Origin: Podarcis erhardii
Taxonomy: Eukaryota
Reading direction: 5' to 3' (one strand)
Length of the DNA stretch: 64,000 nucleotides
NCBI GenBank assembly: GCA_964252035.1
Contig: OZ176213.1
Made by a program: the position numbers and the translations under genes. The notes below the pieces were generated by a model. That model worked only from the letters and a program-made list of their open reading frames with translations, ran no database searches and had not been told where the DNA came from. Below, piece by piece: positions 35,201 through 58,584 of the stretch (within the stretch, counting starts at the first letter, position 1; each line of letters starts with the position of its first letter).

Positions 35201-38200
35201 GAGGCCGGGAGGGAAAGTATGCAAGTGTGAGGCTTGTTGATTCATTTAGCAGGAAACTGTGGTTTCCTCTTATGTCTGAATCCAACCAACATTTAGTTGA
35301 GTCTGGCCTTGCTTTTAAGCCGTCACCTGTCTCTTGTTACAAACCTTGCGGGTCAACCTGTTTCAACCATTTTCTGAGGTGAAACAACAAGCGCCATCCC
35401 AAGAATGGACTTAGTAAATCAAATTATGTCTGCCACTTGCCTTTATGCAAGAGCCAACCTGTGTATTAGTACCCTTATTCTATCTTAATGTTTTGCTTTG
35501 TTCTCAATGTGTTAGTATGAAGAAGATGATGAGATCAGAGATTTAAAGACCTTGCTGATTCAGAGGCCAGAGCAGATTCCTGACAGTGATTCCCAGAGCA
35601 TTGGGTAAGTTACCTTTAGACTCCTTCAGCTTCAACTTGCACTGGCTGCTTTCTGTCATTGTTTTCTCTGCTGGAGACTTTGGCCTACTTAACACATTAA
35701 GCTAAACCATGCTCAAAACTAATCTGCGTTAATTTGTATGGTGCTAAAATACACTTTGTTGAATAGGCCAGGATTATAAACTGGTTTGATCTAACCTTGT
35801 TTCAACAAAGCATGGTTTAAGCTAACCACAGTTTGTCCCTTTCAAATGTAATCATAAACTGTGTTTGATTTAAAATAGGAAGCAGGTGTTCCCAGACCTC
35901 TCACCATGGCTATGCCAGAGGAGGGCGGTGGGTGGGGGAAGGAAAGATCACATGAGCCGAGAAGCTCACTAAAACATGATGTGGCATTCTGTGCAAATGG
36001 GATCTTTTAGTCTACATAACAGTTTTCTTATTTCTTTGTGGAGTTTCAGGACATAACGTCTGACGTTTTTAGAACCCAGGCTAATTTGCAGCATGTTTAC
36101 ATAATAGTTATGTTTTCACCTGCTGTTGCAACTCTTTCCTATTATCAACATAAGCAAGACTTTCCCCTCAGTTGGTAGGAACTTTTTTTTTTGCTACTGC
36201 AGGAACAGCAGACCAGCCATGACACCAGGCACCATTCTGAAACCCAGTGTGAAACCACAGCCAAGTGCTTCTGAAGGACTGGACCAGGGGGATGACTCTG
36301 AGCTTGATAGGTATGTGGCAAAATGTTGTTGCCAAGCAAGAAGATAGATACAATGTAGGATCTTCGCACTGTGTGCATGAATCAAATCTCATTTGAGGAA
36401 GAATTTAAATTTGTTTCTTTTCCAGCGATGATGACCTCGTTCCGTATGACATGTCAGAGGACAAAGAACTGAAGAAGACCAAGGCTCCCACCTACATCCG
36501 AGACTGTATTGAAAGTAAGTGATTAGGGATAAGATGGTATGAAGTCCATAGCATTGTTCACATGACACACTAAACCATAGTTAGCATGACAAGAGCAAGT
36601 AAGAATGAGCCGCAGTGAGCCATGGGCCTTCAGACTTCCCCTTCCCCTCCTCTCATTTGACCAGGAGAAACAATTTGGAAGTGTTTGTTTCCACTTTTGC
36701 TTAACTGCATTATCCAGACCAGCAAACTGTGACTGACACGAACTGGATAGTTTCAATCAAGCAAACATCAAACCGTAGTTACTAAAGCTGGCTTGTTTAA
36801 ACTAACCATAGTTAAAATTGACCACTGTTTCTGGTCTGTACAGCATAGCAAGCTGTGGTTAATCAAATACAGAAGCAAAAGCTTTGGAACTCCTTGGAGG
36901 AAGAGAGCAAATGTTCCATTGTTCAAGTTGTGTAAGCCTATGGTTTAGTGTGACATGTGAACTAGCTTTCTGGGATGTTTTGTTTGTTTCTATCCCACCT
37001 TTCATCCAAGAAACTGAGGACACCGCAGTGGCTCTCAACATGTGTTGTGTTTCCTGGTTGAAGTAAACACATTTATTGCCTGTGAAACATCCTGTGGCTT
37101 TTCTGTTGGGCTGACACATTCTATGCCTTATTCAGAGCCTCCTGCACTTCTTTACTATCTTCTGTCTCCCAGACTAGGGCAAGTCAACATGGTGCCTAAC
37201 TGATGGGGCTGGACTCCAATTCCCATCATCCCCTAACCATTGCTCATGGGGTGATGGGTGTTGGAGTCAAGCAAATTTTGGAAGGCACCTCATTGGCTAC
37301 TTTTGTCCCAGACCTATCTATGAAAGACTGCCACAATTATTTGCAAACCCAAATCTTTTAGTTTAAAGCATATGATTGCATGAACTTTCTGCGTAACATA
37401 TATTCCTGGTACAGCATTAACTTGACTGGACAACTGGGAAGTCAAATGTGAGCTTCCTTCTCATCTTTCCTTTCTCTCAGTCCTGACTGGTCCCGAAGAT
37501 CCGGACAAGTATGAAGCCACAATGAGCACCCTGGAGAATTTGATCCGAAGGAATGTGGCAGCTGCACAAGAAGTAAATGCAAATTCCTCTTGGTTTGATC
37601 TTGATTCGGCTTTAGAAATAACCAATGAGAACTTGTTGGGGCTCAGGGGCTTGCCCTTGACGAGTGAGAAATACAGGAGGGTGGTCCCCTTTGCTATTCG
37701 AAGGCAATGACAGTTCTCTGTAGTTATGGTGGCGGCAGTTGACTTCTTTGCTGTCCAAGGAAAAATAGCGTATTTGGGGTGGGGGGGGAGGCGCAGTTAG
37801 GACTTTAGATCATACACCCCCAAACTCGGCCCTCCAGATGTTTTGGGACTACAACTCCCATCATTATCCCTAGCTAACAGAACCAGTGGTCAGGGGCGAT
37901 GGGAATTGTAGTCCCAAAACATCTGAAGGGCCAAGTTTGGGGGTGTATGCTTTAGATGATTTCCAGTTGCTCTGCACATACGTTGAAGCTCATTGGCAGC
38001 TTAATCAGTCTAGGCCACCTTGGTGATCTCTTGAACACCCAACTTAGGGTGTCATGGTGGCAGCAAGAGAGGGGGACTGTCATCTGTTCCCTGCCCCCTG
38101 CAAACTTTTTATTACACTCGATGAGACCAGCTGACTCTCAACTTGACCTGCCTGAAACATCAAGCCTCTTGAACAGCTGAGACTTCAAAACACACACACA

Positions 38201-41138
38201 TACACTCTTTGGTATTTTTGTGCAGGTGAGCGTGGAACTGGCAAAGGTCCTGCTGCATCTAGACGAGAAGAGCTACATAGAAGGCTTTGTGGGGCTTCGT
38301 CAAGGCGCTCTGGTGGCCATCGCTGTCACAGACCCAACACCAGTGAGTCCTTGTGCTGTCTTTGGTTCTGACTGGAGGGGCTGAGGAGCTGCAGCTGGCC
38401 TTTCTTAGCCAGGCTCAGAGAGGGCCATTTGAGAAGCTAGCTAAGGGGCTGGTAAGACAAGGAGATTGGTAAGGTTGCACTAGGTGGACAGGGAAAGCAT
38501 CTTGCTAGGAAGAAGGAAAGCCATGGGCAGAAGCACTGGAATATAGCGGTCTGTTCCTCTGCCCCTAGCTTGCCAGATTGATGGAGCAGCTTGTAAGACT
38601 AAGGAGCCACAGAACACCTCTAAACTCACCTTTGTTTTCTGTTGCCAAGGTGGCCAAGTTTCTGACCTCTGAGTTCTACTCCCTGAACTATAGTCTCCGC
38701 CAGCGCATGGACATCCTGGATGTAAGTCGCCCTTTTCCAGCATATTATAAGCAAGCCTTGCGAGAGGTAGTGTTGCATTGCAGCTAAGAGACTGAGTTAC
38801 CTGTAGGAAGCTCCCCAGTTCACCCCTCACCTCTGCCATGAAGTTGTGTATATGTGAAGTTCTGACTCCCGCATCCCTTATTTTGCTATTGTAAATGGTT
38901 TCTTGTAGTTTGAACGATGCTCTGTGTTTTATATTTGCTATCCTCGTGAAGTGAGTGGAATGCACTGCACCTCCAGGCTAGAAGCGCCTGACAGCTTCTT
39001 GTCTATTCACTCAGGTGCTGGCCAGAACAGCCCAGGAACTGTCTCAGCCCTTTTCTCCCAAAGCAAAGCAGCTTCCTAGTCTGAAACAGCCCAGCATCCA
39101 GATCCTGTCTAGCAACAGCTCTTCTCCAGACTGGCAAAAAGTTGTGGATGAAAGGATCCGAAGCAAGACCAGAAGGTTTGCAAAGGTGAAGCCAGGAAAT
39201 GCAAAACTGCCTTGAGCTGTAGCAGGGGGCATATCAGTGCAGACAGACGAGCTGGTCTTGTATTCAAGGGCTTAAGAAATCCAAGAAATATGGTTTTCTG
39301 TTTAGTTCAGGCTTCCCAAACTTCTGGTAATGGGAGGGGCCATACATTCACCTACCCATATGGAGCGGAGTTCTCTCTTTGTTCTGAAGGCCTTCATAGA
39401 AACTTCCTTTACTCAGCCCAGGAGAGACAGCAGTCCATAATGTTATTAGGGTCTTGTTTGATCGGCTCTCCTCAGCTTTCAACCCCCACCCTCCATGTCT
39501 TTAAATTATAGACCTGTTCCGGCCTGTCCTTGATCTCTCCTGATAGGACTACATTGGTGGAAGCACCTTGAGAGCTCTATCCCTGATCTGGTCAAAGTAA
39601 CAATTAACAATTATATTAACTCAGGTGACCTGTGGCTCCTTCTGAATCACTACTCCAGGATGCAGATTGTTTGCCTTAAAGAGCCAGTCAACACAGCAAT
39701 GAAACGCTTAGCATACTTTTTATTTCAAAGGCACATCTTGTTCCAGGAAAAGAAAAGCTATAGCATATTCTTATTTTCATCCTGGGATGGGCCTCCTGCC
39801 TCTGATGGTCATCTCAAGGGAGGACAACTTTTCAGTCCTATCTCGCGTCTTTTATTGCCTCCATATTTCCCTCCCACGGATCTGTGCCATAGAAGGTGAT
39901 GCAGTAAAATCACATTCCACGATTGGGTCCTGCCCTCCACCACCAAACATCACCACCCCCACCCCCGACATCACTTGATTTTGAGTTAAGCTGATACCAC
40001 CTGAAATTCAGAAATATATGTACTTTCCCTGTCTGTGGCTGAACTTGGTCATAAGATGTTGCACTGCTAACCACAAAGGTGCTTAAGCATTTCAAAAGAA
40101 ACTTCCCTTTTCTTACCTACGGGCAAATGGCAACACATTTCATGTTTCAGACACCAGTGCCCTTTAAAACTGATGCTAAGCTGATTAACTATGTTTCCAA
40201 GTAATCAAAGCATTACCGTGGATCTGGATTGGCATGTCTGAAATTCATAGAATCATAGAATTGAAGGGGACCCTGAGAGTCCTACAAGGAAAGCATATTG
40301 GTCTTTTTAAGGGAGAGTGGAACAAAACATTGCATCCATGAAGCCTCTTCTGGGGTCTTCGTCAAGTTTCACTTGCTAGTGACGGTTCTCCTGCCTGACC
40401 TTTCACTTTGTTTGGAACAGGGCCAGTCCCAAGCAAAGCCACCATCTGCCCCCAACAGATTTGGTCCAGTTGCTGGGCATTTCTTTTTCCCGCTTCTTCG
40501 GAACTTTGACAGGTGAGGCCACCTGCATTTTCATGTCCCTAGGGCTGTGTTGTGTTATCAGAGGTGTGCATGGAATACATTTTGAATATCTCCTGCAACA
40601 GCACCCATTATATTCATGGCTGAAATTTATCTCATTGCAGAAAAAGTAAGCTAGCAACCAACCAGGTGTGTGATTCAGGTTTGGTAGGTGCTGGGCTGTG
40701 TGTCTGTATTCCATGTTAACAATTGCACCAGGCATTTATATTTAAACAAACAAGTAGTTTAATTTAAACAGAGTACAGGACTTTTTCTGTCTTTTTATTT
40801 TGCCACTCCCAACAGCCCAAGAGCCAGAACAGTCCAAACTCTTTAAAAAGACTAAACTGTAGTTCACCTTTTCATTTGCAGGACTGCTGCAGCAAAAATG
40901 TCCAAAGGGTGCCTTTGCACCCAGGTCCTTGGCTCCTTTTGGAATTGCTGGATGTCTGTTCTTGCTCAGCTTCTGAAAAAGAAGGCTCTGTCTTGGCTCC
41001 TGGAATTCGGTTCTCTTTAGCAATAGCAGAGGGTGCCTGATGGAGAACAACTGTTCTCAGCTTTTTATAAACAGCAATTAGGATAGGAGCTGGGAGCTGC
41101 AGTTTAAGACCAAGGCTTGCTGCTTCTTCTTCTCTTTC

Positions 41139-41183
<45 letters not shown>

Positions 41184-44100
41184 TTTTAACAAATAGAACA
41201 AATTGCTGTCCCAGGAAAACGTGTATATCAGGTGTCAGAAGTGTGTCTTCACACAAAGGCAACCAATGAAGGTTCTATATATACACCTGTGGGGGGGAGA
41301 ATTCCCCAACCTAGGAGCTGCCACAGATAACGCCCTCTCCCACCTGGGCCAACTCCCTTCCCAAAACTTTTTGAGGGCAGTGGAGCTACCAAGAGGCTCC
41401 CTTTGCTGATCTTAAAACCTAAGGGGGGTTGTAGGGAAGGATACCATCTTTCAGAGCCAGTTAGAACATTCTCCCTCTCTGCTTTCCAGGCCACTGACCA
41501 CCTTTGACCTTTTGGGAGATGATCACCTGGTTTTGGCCCGGCTGACACACACCCTGGCAATTCTGATGTACTTCGCTGTCAACACTGTGGTGAGGATACT
41601 AGATAGGCCCTTCCAAAGTACCTGAGAAGTACACAGTTGCCTGTGTTTGGCTTTTGGCATGCTGTGGCATCCCATCTTTTGCCAAAGGGAGCCAGTGAAC
41701 ATTTGCTTTGGCAGACAGGATGTGAGGGGGTGAAGCACATGGTGTATGCAGGGAGTTTTTGAAACTGTGTGGTCTATTCTGGCTCTGAATTAGTAGAGAC
41801 CCTTTGGTTTCAAGGCAGAAGCTGCTGCTCACCTCTCCATGCTTCACTCTGTAATTACCACTGGCTCTGGGACTTTGCTTCCCTCTGCCCCTCTAAAATC
41901 AGGGTGGGAAAGTTGTGGCCTTCCAGATGTTGCTGGACTGTAGCTTCCATCTTTTCCGACCACTAGCCATGCTTGCTGGGGCTGGGAGCATCTGGAGGGC
42001 CACAGCTTCCCTGCCCCAACTCCAAAAGCCAGGTGCTCTCAGGATTCTGCATAAGCTGCTTGGTTTCAGAACTGCAGCAATAGCCAGCAGACCTAGCGAA
42101 TGCAGGTGGGTGGAACGTCCACTCTCGACACAGCTCTCAGTCACTGTTGCCTTCCTATTCTTCAAGCACTAACATACCCGGTGGCCTCCCAAGATTGAGT
42201 CCTTTATCTTTGATTGGGTCACTTGTAATTTAAAAAATAAATAAATCCAGATTCCTTGGTCTAGCAAGCAACTCCAACAATGTGTTCAATAGGGAGATAT
42301 AAATACATATCTCACAAAATAAAATAAAAAACACAATTTGACAGTTTATTTAAATTTCAAATGTGATGCTCAGTTTTTAAAATGGATGTCAATATTTCTT
42401 AAATCAGTGCATGCCGAGTTTCCCCCCACTATGCTCCACCTGCAGGATGTGGCAATTCCCCTGCCTCCGCGCCCAGGTACGAAGCAGTAGTGCCTTCAGT
42501 TGTGGATAATGTTTGAAACCAGGGCAGACTTTCTGAGGGAGAGCGGAGGAGGCTGCTGATCTCAAGCAATAGCCAGCAGTACTGTAAACAGATGGCAAAC
42601 TGATCACTGCTTTTCGGTACAATTCTATACCTGCCTACAAAGGAGCAAGTCCTATTGAGTTTGGTGGGGCTTACTCCAAGGAAAGTGACTATGGGATTGC
42701 AGCCTTTGCTTATATCTTTACCATTTGGATTTTCTGCCTCAGAAAGCAAAATACCCGAGGCTAACCATGCAATGCCTCTTCCATGGATCCTGATTTGTGT
42801 GTCTCCTCCAGGTAGCATCTGCGATGGGGAAGGCATTGCTCGAGTTCGTCTGGACCCTGCGCTTCCATGCAGACACGTGAGTTCCTGTGAGCATCGTGGT
42901 GGCAGTGGGAGGGTCCCTCTGCACCCAAAGCCAGGGAACCCAATCAAGTGGGCGAAGGAGTTTGTTCTCTTTGCCCCATTCTCGCCCTTTGGGCCCCCCC
43001 CCCAGTAGTACCAAGATGCCAGAACCAGGTGGGGAAGAGAAACGGCTACAAAAAGGGAAAGTCAGGTTGAGTAAAACTGAGGCTAAGAGAGTGTTTCAAG
43101 TCACACTGCCCTCTTCAAGTTCTTGAACGAGTCAGCCATTTTCATAAGCAACTTTACAATGTTTGAATGTGAATGTGACACAATCTCAGGCATGAATATG
43201 TCATTATTTTTATTTTTATTACTATGTCCCCTATTTATTTAAACAAATTTAAATAAATAATTTGTTCGTTGCTTTTTCTTGCCCAAGGGAACTCCCAGGT
43301 AATCTACAACCAAACAAACACATGAACAAATTGTGTATAGACGTACTATGGACAAATTTAACAATATTTTGAATTCAGTTTTATAAACAAATGTATTAGG
43401 TTAAATGTAAGTTAACTACAGTGACGATCTTGTAATGTTTATAAGTTCTGGGTTTTTCAAATATTCCATATGGGTGTTAGTTCTTTTTTCCCCTTTTCTT
43501 CCCCCACTTTTATTTCTTGTTTCGCCCTGTGCACTCACTCTCTCTCCCTCTCTCTCTCCACACACACAAAAAGAATAAATTTTAAAAACCCATGTAGATA
43601 CATTAAAACCAAGGAGGGGGGGAAGGACAAACCACCCATATTCTAGGAAAGCAGCTTTAGCTACAGCTTTCTCGGTGCTGTTCTTTACGCTCCAAAGAGC
43701 AACTAGAAGCTGTGAGTGGGACAGAAATCTCCTGAGTTCAGCTCTGGGTAACTCTAGGTGCAATTCAAGCAATTAAGTTTGGTGACTCCAGCAGAAAAAT
43801 GAAGCTAGCAAAGCAGAAGGCGGTGTCAAGGCCACCAGCTATCAGTTGGGTAGGGATGAGATTCCTTCCTGCTGGCTTTCACAAGGGCACTCCTTTTCCC
43901 TGCAGATATGTGCGCCAAGGGCTTTTGTCATCTGTCTCTTCCACACTCCTGAGTGTCCCTGCTGAGTGCCTTCTGGAGGACATGACGGAGGAGCTTTTAG
44001 AGACCCAAGCCTGGCTGGCAGGTGAGAAGTCACTGTGAGAGCAGGCCATTGGCAGGGGTTGTGTTGAGGTCAACCCTTCTCTCACTCTCTGATATTGGCT

Positions 44101-46379
44101 AGTGGCAGAGAAGCTACATCCCAGGCTGGAATTTCTCTGTCCTTGTTCCCAGTGTGCCAGTTTGGTCATGTGAATGGATCTGTCTTCCTGAGGGGTGTAT
44201 GGAAGTGGGGAATTCCACTGGGCCATTTTTCTCAGCACCCCCCCCCCAAGCAAAGGAGGATACAACCAGTCTCCAGTCAGGAGAGGGCAGTTGAGTGTCT
44301 CCTGCATGCCCAGAAATGCACAAGACGATGCAGCCTGACTCAGATTTCATTGCTGAAGGGGCGAGTTGCTAGGAATCAAGTGCCACATATCCTGGATAAG
44401 CTCAGAATCCTTCCCATTTCTGCCCTGGGTTGCTTTCCCTCACCATTTGGATCCTGAGAGTGAGCTTCCCACGGGAGCTGGAGAGGATGTGACACCAACA
44501 CAGCTAGTCTTTGATCCCTGGACTGGCTGCTAGAAATCTGTGCCCTTAAAAGGGAAAAGGGCTGCCATGGAGCCTAAAGATTCCCTCTTTTCCCATGCTG
44601 TGGTATGTGTGGAGGAATAGGCTTTTGCTGTCCTCGAGCGTAGCCTGCTGAGCAATGAGTTGAGGCTAGCCTGAAAGGAGACGGGATGCATGGTCTTGGA
44701 CTGATAACGCTCAGGAGGGCAACTGGACAGGTGGAGAAGAGTCTTCCTGGGCTGGTGCTAAAATCCCATATCCTCCTTCGCAGATGGAAAGTATTGTGCA
44801 ATGTGAATAGGGTAGGATTTGCATACGCAGTCAAGGTGTGGAGGGGCAGAGTCATCACATATATAAACATCTCTCCAACCATGATGACTAGAAACTTTGG
44901 CCTTGTGGGTAACATGTTGCCTGGCCCATGAAGTGATATAGGCATATGGAAAGGGAAGGCAAGAGCTAGTGGCTTAGAAAATTGTGATAACACAGAGGTT
45001 TTGACTTTTATTTCTTCTACTGGGCTAGCCATCTGCTTCCACGGTGCACATTCTCTCGTTAAATGAGCCTTTGTTACATTGGGGCAACTGCTGATGTTAA
45101 TCATTTTGGACCGCAGGCTGCCCTTAGAACTATGTTCCATTCTGTCATTTTATAAATAGAGGGGGGCTATCTGAGTGAGTCATGTACCCAGACTGACCTA
45201 GTGCTGGGCTTCAAGCGCTTAGCTTGTGCGCACAGGATTTCCTCCCACAGACTCGCCACTCTTTCAGGCTCCCCTCTGCTCTGACATCCTGATTTCCACT
45301 TTGCAAGACTGTTAGAAATATAGAGCTGCCAGCCACCCCCTCCCTCCCCCTGGTACAGTGCCTATTAGCTGCCTAGCAAGCAAAAATTCAGTAGCTGAAA
45401 TTTATTCTGTCCTGGCATCTGTGTGTTGGGGGAAGGGAATGAACTGCCTGCTGCATTTCTCAATTCTTAATATATCTGCAGCTGTATAAGGTACAAAAAC
45501 CTAGCCAGAACAAGACCAACAAGCCGAGTTGATGTGCCGTATAGCACAGTGCTTAAGACAAGGAATGATGCAAGTGCCACATCAGATGCTAACTTATCTG
45601 TATGGTATGAGGTCTGTTTGTGCTTCACAGTACAAAGAAGTGCATAACTCGTTTCATATAGTTGCCAGTTGATAAAAATGCACCTGTACAAAGTGGCTTA
45701 TTGTTGCTCATGCATTGTGCAGTTGGAAGCATACCTCTGAGTAGGATGGCATAAATTTATTTCACACACAGATAGGTGCATGCCTGAAATGGCTTTGTGG
45801 AAGTCACCACTTCACATAAAGTTTTATGCAAAATGTGGATTTGTAAACTTGAGCTGGCTTTGTGTGGGAGTCAGGCTTTAAATTCGTCCTTTAAAACTAG
45901 TTTAGAGGTAAAGAATCTGAAATACTGAGCCAAAAAAAGATTACGTTCCAGTGTTCCCTCAGTTACTCAGTGTTAAAACTCCTCCAATCTTTACTTGGTC
46001 CTGTGGTTAAAGAAAACAGACAGCTGCTGCAACTTTATTTTGCCAGCACCTAGTGCTGAGATGTTTTGGTTACACGGGGTAACTGTGTAAAAAAGAAATG
46101 TTGCTAAATAAAGTTTGGTCTAAAATCAAACAAGCTGGATATTTGGAGAGCTGGGGTGGGGATAACTTCCTTTTATTGTTCCTTTACTGAAGCACACTTG
46201 ACAGTTCAACTAATGCTTTACAGGGATTTCCTCGAGCCATTCTTTCCTCTCCTCTTGTCTGTCTTTTCCTATTTTCTGCAGATGTTGCAGAGAAGGACCC
46301 AGATGGTGACTGCAGAAGTTTGGCACTGCAGAATCTGCTACTGATGGAAAACCTGAAGAAAAAAACTCTTGAAACGTGA
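23515..46379 (+). CDS. TELO2: Telomere length regulation protein TEL2 homolog (TTT complex), 828 aa, 20 coding exons
   Basis: Exon translations follow the TELO2 sequence ([71 protein letters not shown]); all joins are GT-AG and in phase; total 2487 nt. Confidence 0.97.
25090..25270 (+). mobile_element. Old CR1 LINE 3' fragment
   Basis: gtgtttaaaggaagactgaa...gggttagatgacctttaaaattccttccagttct resembles a CR1 3' end. Confidence 0.45.
25561..25838 (+). CDS. TELO2: TELO2 coding exon 2
   Basis: PSFRLNKVV...[23 protein letters not shown]...DSLR. Confidence 0.95.
26668..26690. repeat. (GT)n microsatellite
   Basis: Direct reading. Confidence 0.9.
27157..27270. mobile_element. Penelope-like element fragment with 23-bp inverted repeat
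   Basis: Arms 27157-27179 and 27205-27227; continues ttagttggtctctaaggtgctactgga. Confidence 0.7.
27424..27492 (+). CDS. TELO2: TELO2 coding exon 3
   Basis: [22 protein letters not shown]. Confidence 0.92.
28938..29085 (+). CDS. TELO2: TELO2 coding exon 4
   Basis: [10 protein letters not shown]...[16 protein letters not shown]. Confidence 0.93.
29234..29730 (-). mobile_element. L2-clade LINE 3' fragment with (TAAA)n tail
   Basis: (TTTA)n at 29234-29283, then gggaaggcagttccattactaggtgccagaaccaaaaaggc, typical of antisense L2 3' ends. Confidence 0.5.
29750..29820 (+). mobile_element. BovB extreme 3' tail
   Basis: gcctggcgtgctctggtccatggggtcacgaagagtcggacacgactaaacgactaaacaac. Confidence 0.85.
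29981..30083 (+). CDS. TELO2: TELO2 coding exon 5
   Basis: [34 protein letters not shown]. Confidence 0.93.
30221..31218. mobile_element. Tc1/mariner MITE, copy 3, about 1 kb with internally expanded repeats
   Basis: TA flanks; TIR CAGTGGTGCCTCGCAAGACGAA / TTCGTCTTGTGAGGCACCACTG; internal direct and inverted repeats. Confidence 0.85.
31621..31689 (+). CDS. TELO2: TELO2 coding exon 6
   Basis: [23 protein letters not shown]. Confidence 0.92.
32436..32806 (+). mobile_element. Full-length Sauria SINE
   Basis: gggacgcgggtggcgctgtggg head, B-box ggttcgaatcc, BovB-like agagtcggacacgact, (accttt)n tail; flanking duplication gcagggcaaa at 32421-32430 and 32808-32817. Confidence 0.92.
33199..33340 (+). 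CDS. TELO2: TELO2 coding exon 7
   Basis: [34 protein letters not shown]. Confidence 0.95.
34609..34745 (+). CDS. TELO2: TELO2 coding exon 8
   Basis: [29 protein letters not shown]...GPALKFQ. Confidence 0.95.
35516..35604 (+). CDS. TELO2: TELO2 coding exon 9
   Basis: [14 protein letters not shown]...; phases fit both neighbours. Confidence 0.9.
36203..36310 (+). CDS. TELO2: TELO2 coding exon 10
   Basis: NSRPAMTP...QGDDSELD. Confidence 0.9.
36426..36514 (+). CDS. TELO2: TELO2 coding exon 11
   Basis: [29 protein letters not shown]; joined to the previous exon it gives the DSDD motif (CK2/PIH1D1 site in human). Confidence 0.95.
37481..37572 (+). CDS. TELO2: TELO2 coding exon 12
   Basis: [30 protein letters not shown]. 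Confidence 0.92.
37811..37949. mobile_element. hAT-type palindromic MITE (ctcccatc/gatggga family); degenerate relatives near 4985-5090, 14295-14405, 14700-14825, 33695-33800, 37195-37300, 41895-42020, 51290-51365, 63265-63335
   Basis: TIR catacacccccaaact / agtttgggggtgtatg; 8-bp TSD ctttagat at 37803-37810 and 37950-37957. Confidence 0.8.
38226..38342 (+). CDS. TELO2: TELO2 coding exon 13
   Basis: [39 protein letters not shown]. Confidence 0.95.
38650..38721 (+). CDS. TELO2: TELO2 coding exon 14
   Basis: [24 protein letters not shown]. Confidence 0.95.
39015..39185 (+). CDS. TELO2: TELO2 coding exon 15
   Basis: [12 protein letters not shown]...[19 protein letters not shown]. Confidence 0.95.
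40421..40512 (+). CDS. TELO2: TELO2 coding exon 16
   Basis: [30 protein letters not shown]. Confidence 0.95.
41138..41460 (-). mobile_element. (AAT)n microsatellite (41138-41183) followed by an antisense L2-like fragment
   Basis: About 15 AAT repeats; gagaattccccaacctaggagctgccacagataacgccct resembles an L2 3' end. Confidence 0.5.
41490..41589 (+). CDS. TELO2: TELO2 coding exon 17
   Basis: [33 protein letters not shown]. Confidence 0.95.
42812..42876 (+). CDS. TELO2: TELO2 coding exon 18
   Basis: [21 protein letters not shown]. Confidence 0.95.
43906..44021 (+). CDS. TELO2: TELO2 coding exon 19
   Basis: [38 protein letters not shown]. Confidence 0.95.
46282..46379 (+). CDS. TELO2: TELO2 last coding exon
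   Basis: [32 protein letters not shown] (TGA 46377-46379). Confidence 0.95.
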
Positions 46380-47235
46380 AGGTGGGCTTGATGATGGAGA
46401 TGCCCTTTGCCTGCCCTCTGTTCAGCTGGTGGCTCAGAATCTGCCCTGTCTCTGCTTGGAGGAAAGGAAAGGAAGGAGGACACTGAGTTGTAAGCCATAG
46501 ATAGGTAGCTTAACACCTGGGCTTGGTAGCAGAGGGTAGTTGAGTATGCATTTGTTGTTGGTCTGTTGGTAGAGAGGTGTGCTGGTACTGCTGCTCTTCT
46601 GCAAACACACACTTGTGTGTGCATAGGCTGACACTGTAGCCAGGACAGGAGCAAAGAGACTATTTACTCAGTGTTCTTGAACCAGGTTAATATGAGTATG
46701 TTGCAAAGGAAAGGATCTACGCCAGCTCCTAGAACCTGTGTGTTGTTCGTCTCATCTGAGCTCTGGATAGAGCATGGGCTCCTTTTGACTTTGGGTCCTT
46801 ACTGGGTATCATGCATTAACTTCTGTTTGACTTTTGTGCATGACTACAGTGGCCAATGGTAACACAGCAGGATTCTATTGACTGATCAGGTCTGATAAAA
46901 TGGCTTGAAAGTGCTGTTAACTCAGCCTAAGATGTTCACTATCAGAAGACTGGTGCACAGGTCATGTGGCTCATCTGCCAGGAGCAGATGAAGTCATTTC
47001 TCCTGGCACTATTTCACACACACTGCAAAAAGCGCGCTCTCAACTTGCACTAAATGCGATCCAAGAGGAGAAGGGGGTGGGGTGAGGGAAAATGGAAGTC
47101 ATGTTGGATGCTCTGTTTGATTACATCAGATTTTCAAACAATGTGTTATGAGGTCTGTTTTGGCCCAAACCTCTTGGTCTCTCATCTTTTCTGATATACA
47201 AAATTACTCAAGACATTTGTGTTTCCCAAAAATGT

Positions 47236-47442
47236 AATAAAAGTACTAAAATACCTGAAAGTGGGCTGAAAACAAAAATGGCTATCTTAAACTATACATA
47301 TTTTTACCACTACTAACTTGCTAAGAGATGCACAAACCTCAAAAATTGGGCAGTGCATTCCAACCGTAACATCTTGGAAAAAGCCAAGCATACAATATAG
47401 CTTAGAAACTGCCTTCCCACCAGTCTATTTACCCCTAATAAA
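47236..47442 (+). terminator. TELO2: Candidate TELO2 polyadenylation signals (AATAAA at 47236 and 47437)
   Basis: First canonical plus-strand hexamers after the TELO2 stop. Confidence 0.45.
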
Positions 47443-47516
47443 ATGAGGCAAGGCAATCCTTTGGCTCTCCTCTAACAGTGCAGGAATGGAAGTTACAGGG
47501 ACCAAGCTCAGACTGC

Positions 47517-57891
<10,375 letters not shown>

Positions 57892-58584
57892 CTGCAGGAA
57901 ATAAGAAGGGGTGAGGTGCTGAGAGTTGCATTTTGCAAAGGAGGAACCAATCTTAGGAAGACACCGTGGCAGCTGAACATGCCCTCATACAATACAATTA
58001 CAATACATACACACTTGGATTACACAGTAGAAGATTCCCAAAATATTGTAAAGGCCTACGGAAGCATGGCATGAGAATCTTGCCATAAACCCACACTAGA
58101 AAGAGGGAGGTGGGGAAGGAAAGTATGGCTGTCCTTAAAGCAAGGCAGAGTATGTTGAGTCTTAGGGGAGGGAGCGCTGGGTTAAGTGCTGTCCTGTTGG
58201 AAATGTGAGAGCTACCTAACCTTTGAATTTAGGTTTTTAAAATGCAATTATCTGAACCAAGGCACCTCTGCCTTTAAATCACCTTAGCATTGTGTGGATG
58301 GATCATTCTGAGGAGCTGAGTATTCTGTACTTAGCAACTAAATTTGCGTGTGTTAATCTTTTAAGTCAGATGTGGGTGAACTCAGAATATGACCAAATGC
58401 CTTTCAGCAGGGGGCTGGGATCAGTCTTTTTCCAAAGTCACTGAAGCTAATCATGGAGGGTCTCATGTTATATGGAAGTTATGTCAATCCTATGCAATGA
58501 TCTACAGAGATAAACCATATCATAAATTCAGATTAACACACACCTCCTTACAGCACCCCCTTCCCAGGCTTGTGCTCCGAACAG

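Noticed and set aside
42404-43014. Minus-strand ORFs in a TELO2 intron, considered as PTX4 or another nested gene
   Set aside because: No pentraxin motif or similarity to PTX4 as recalled. The ORFs cross a MITE and overlap TELO2 exon 42812-42876 antisense.
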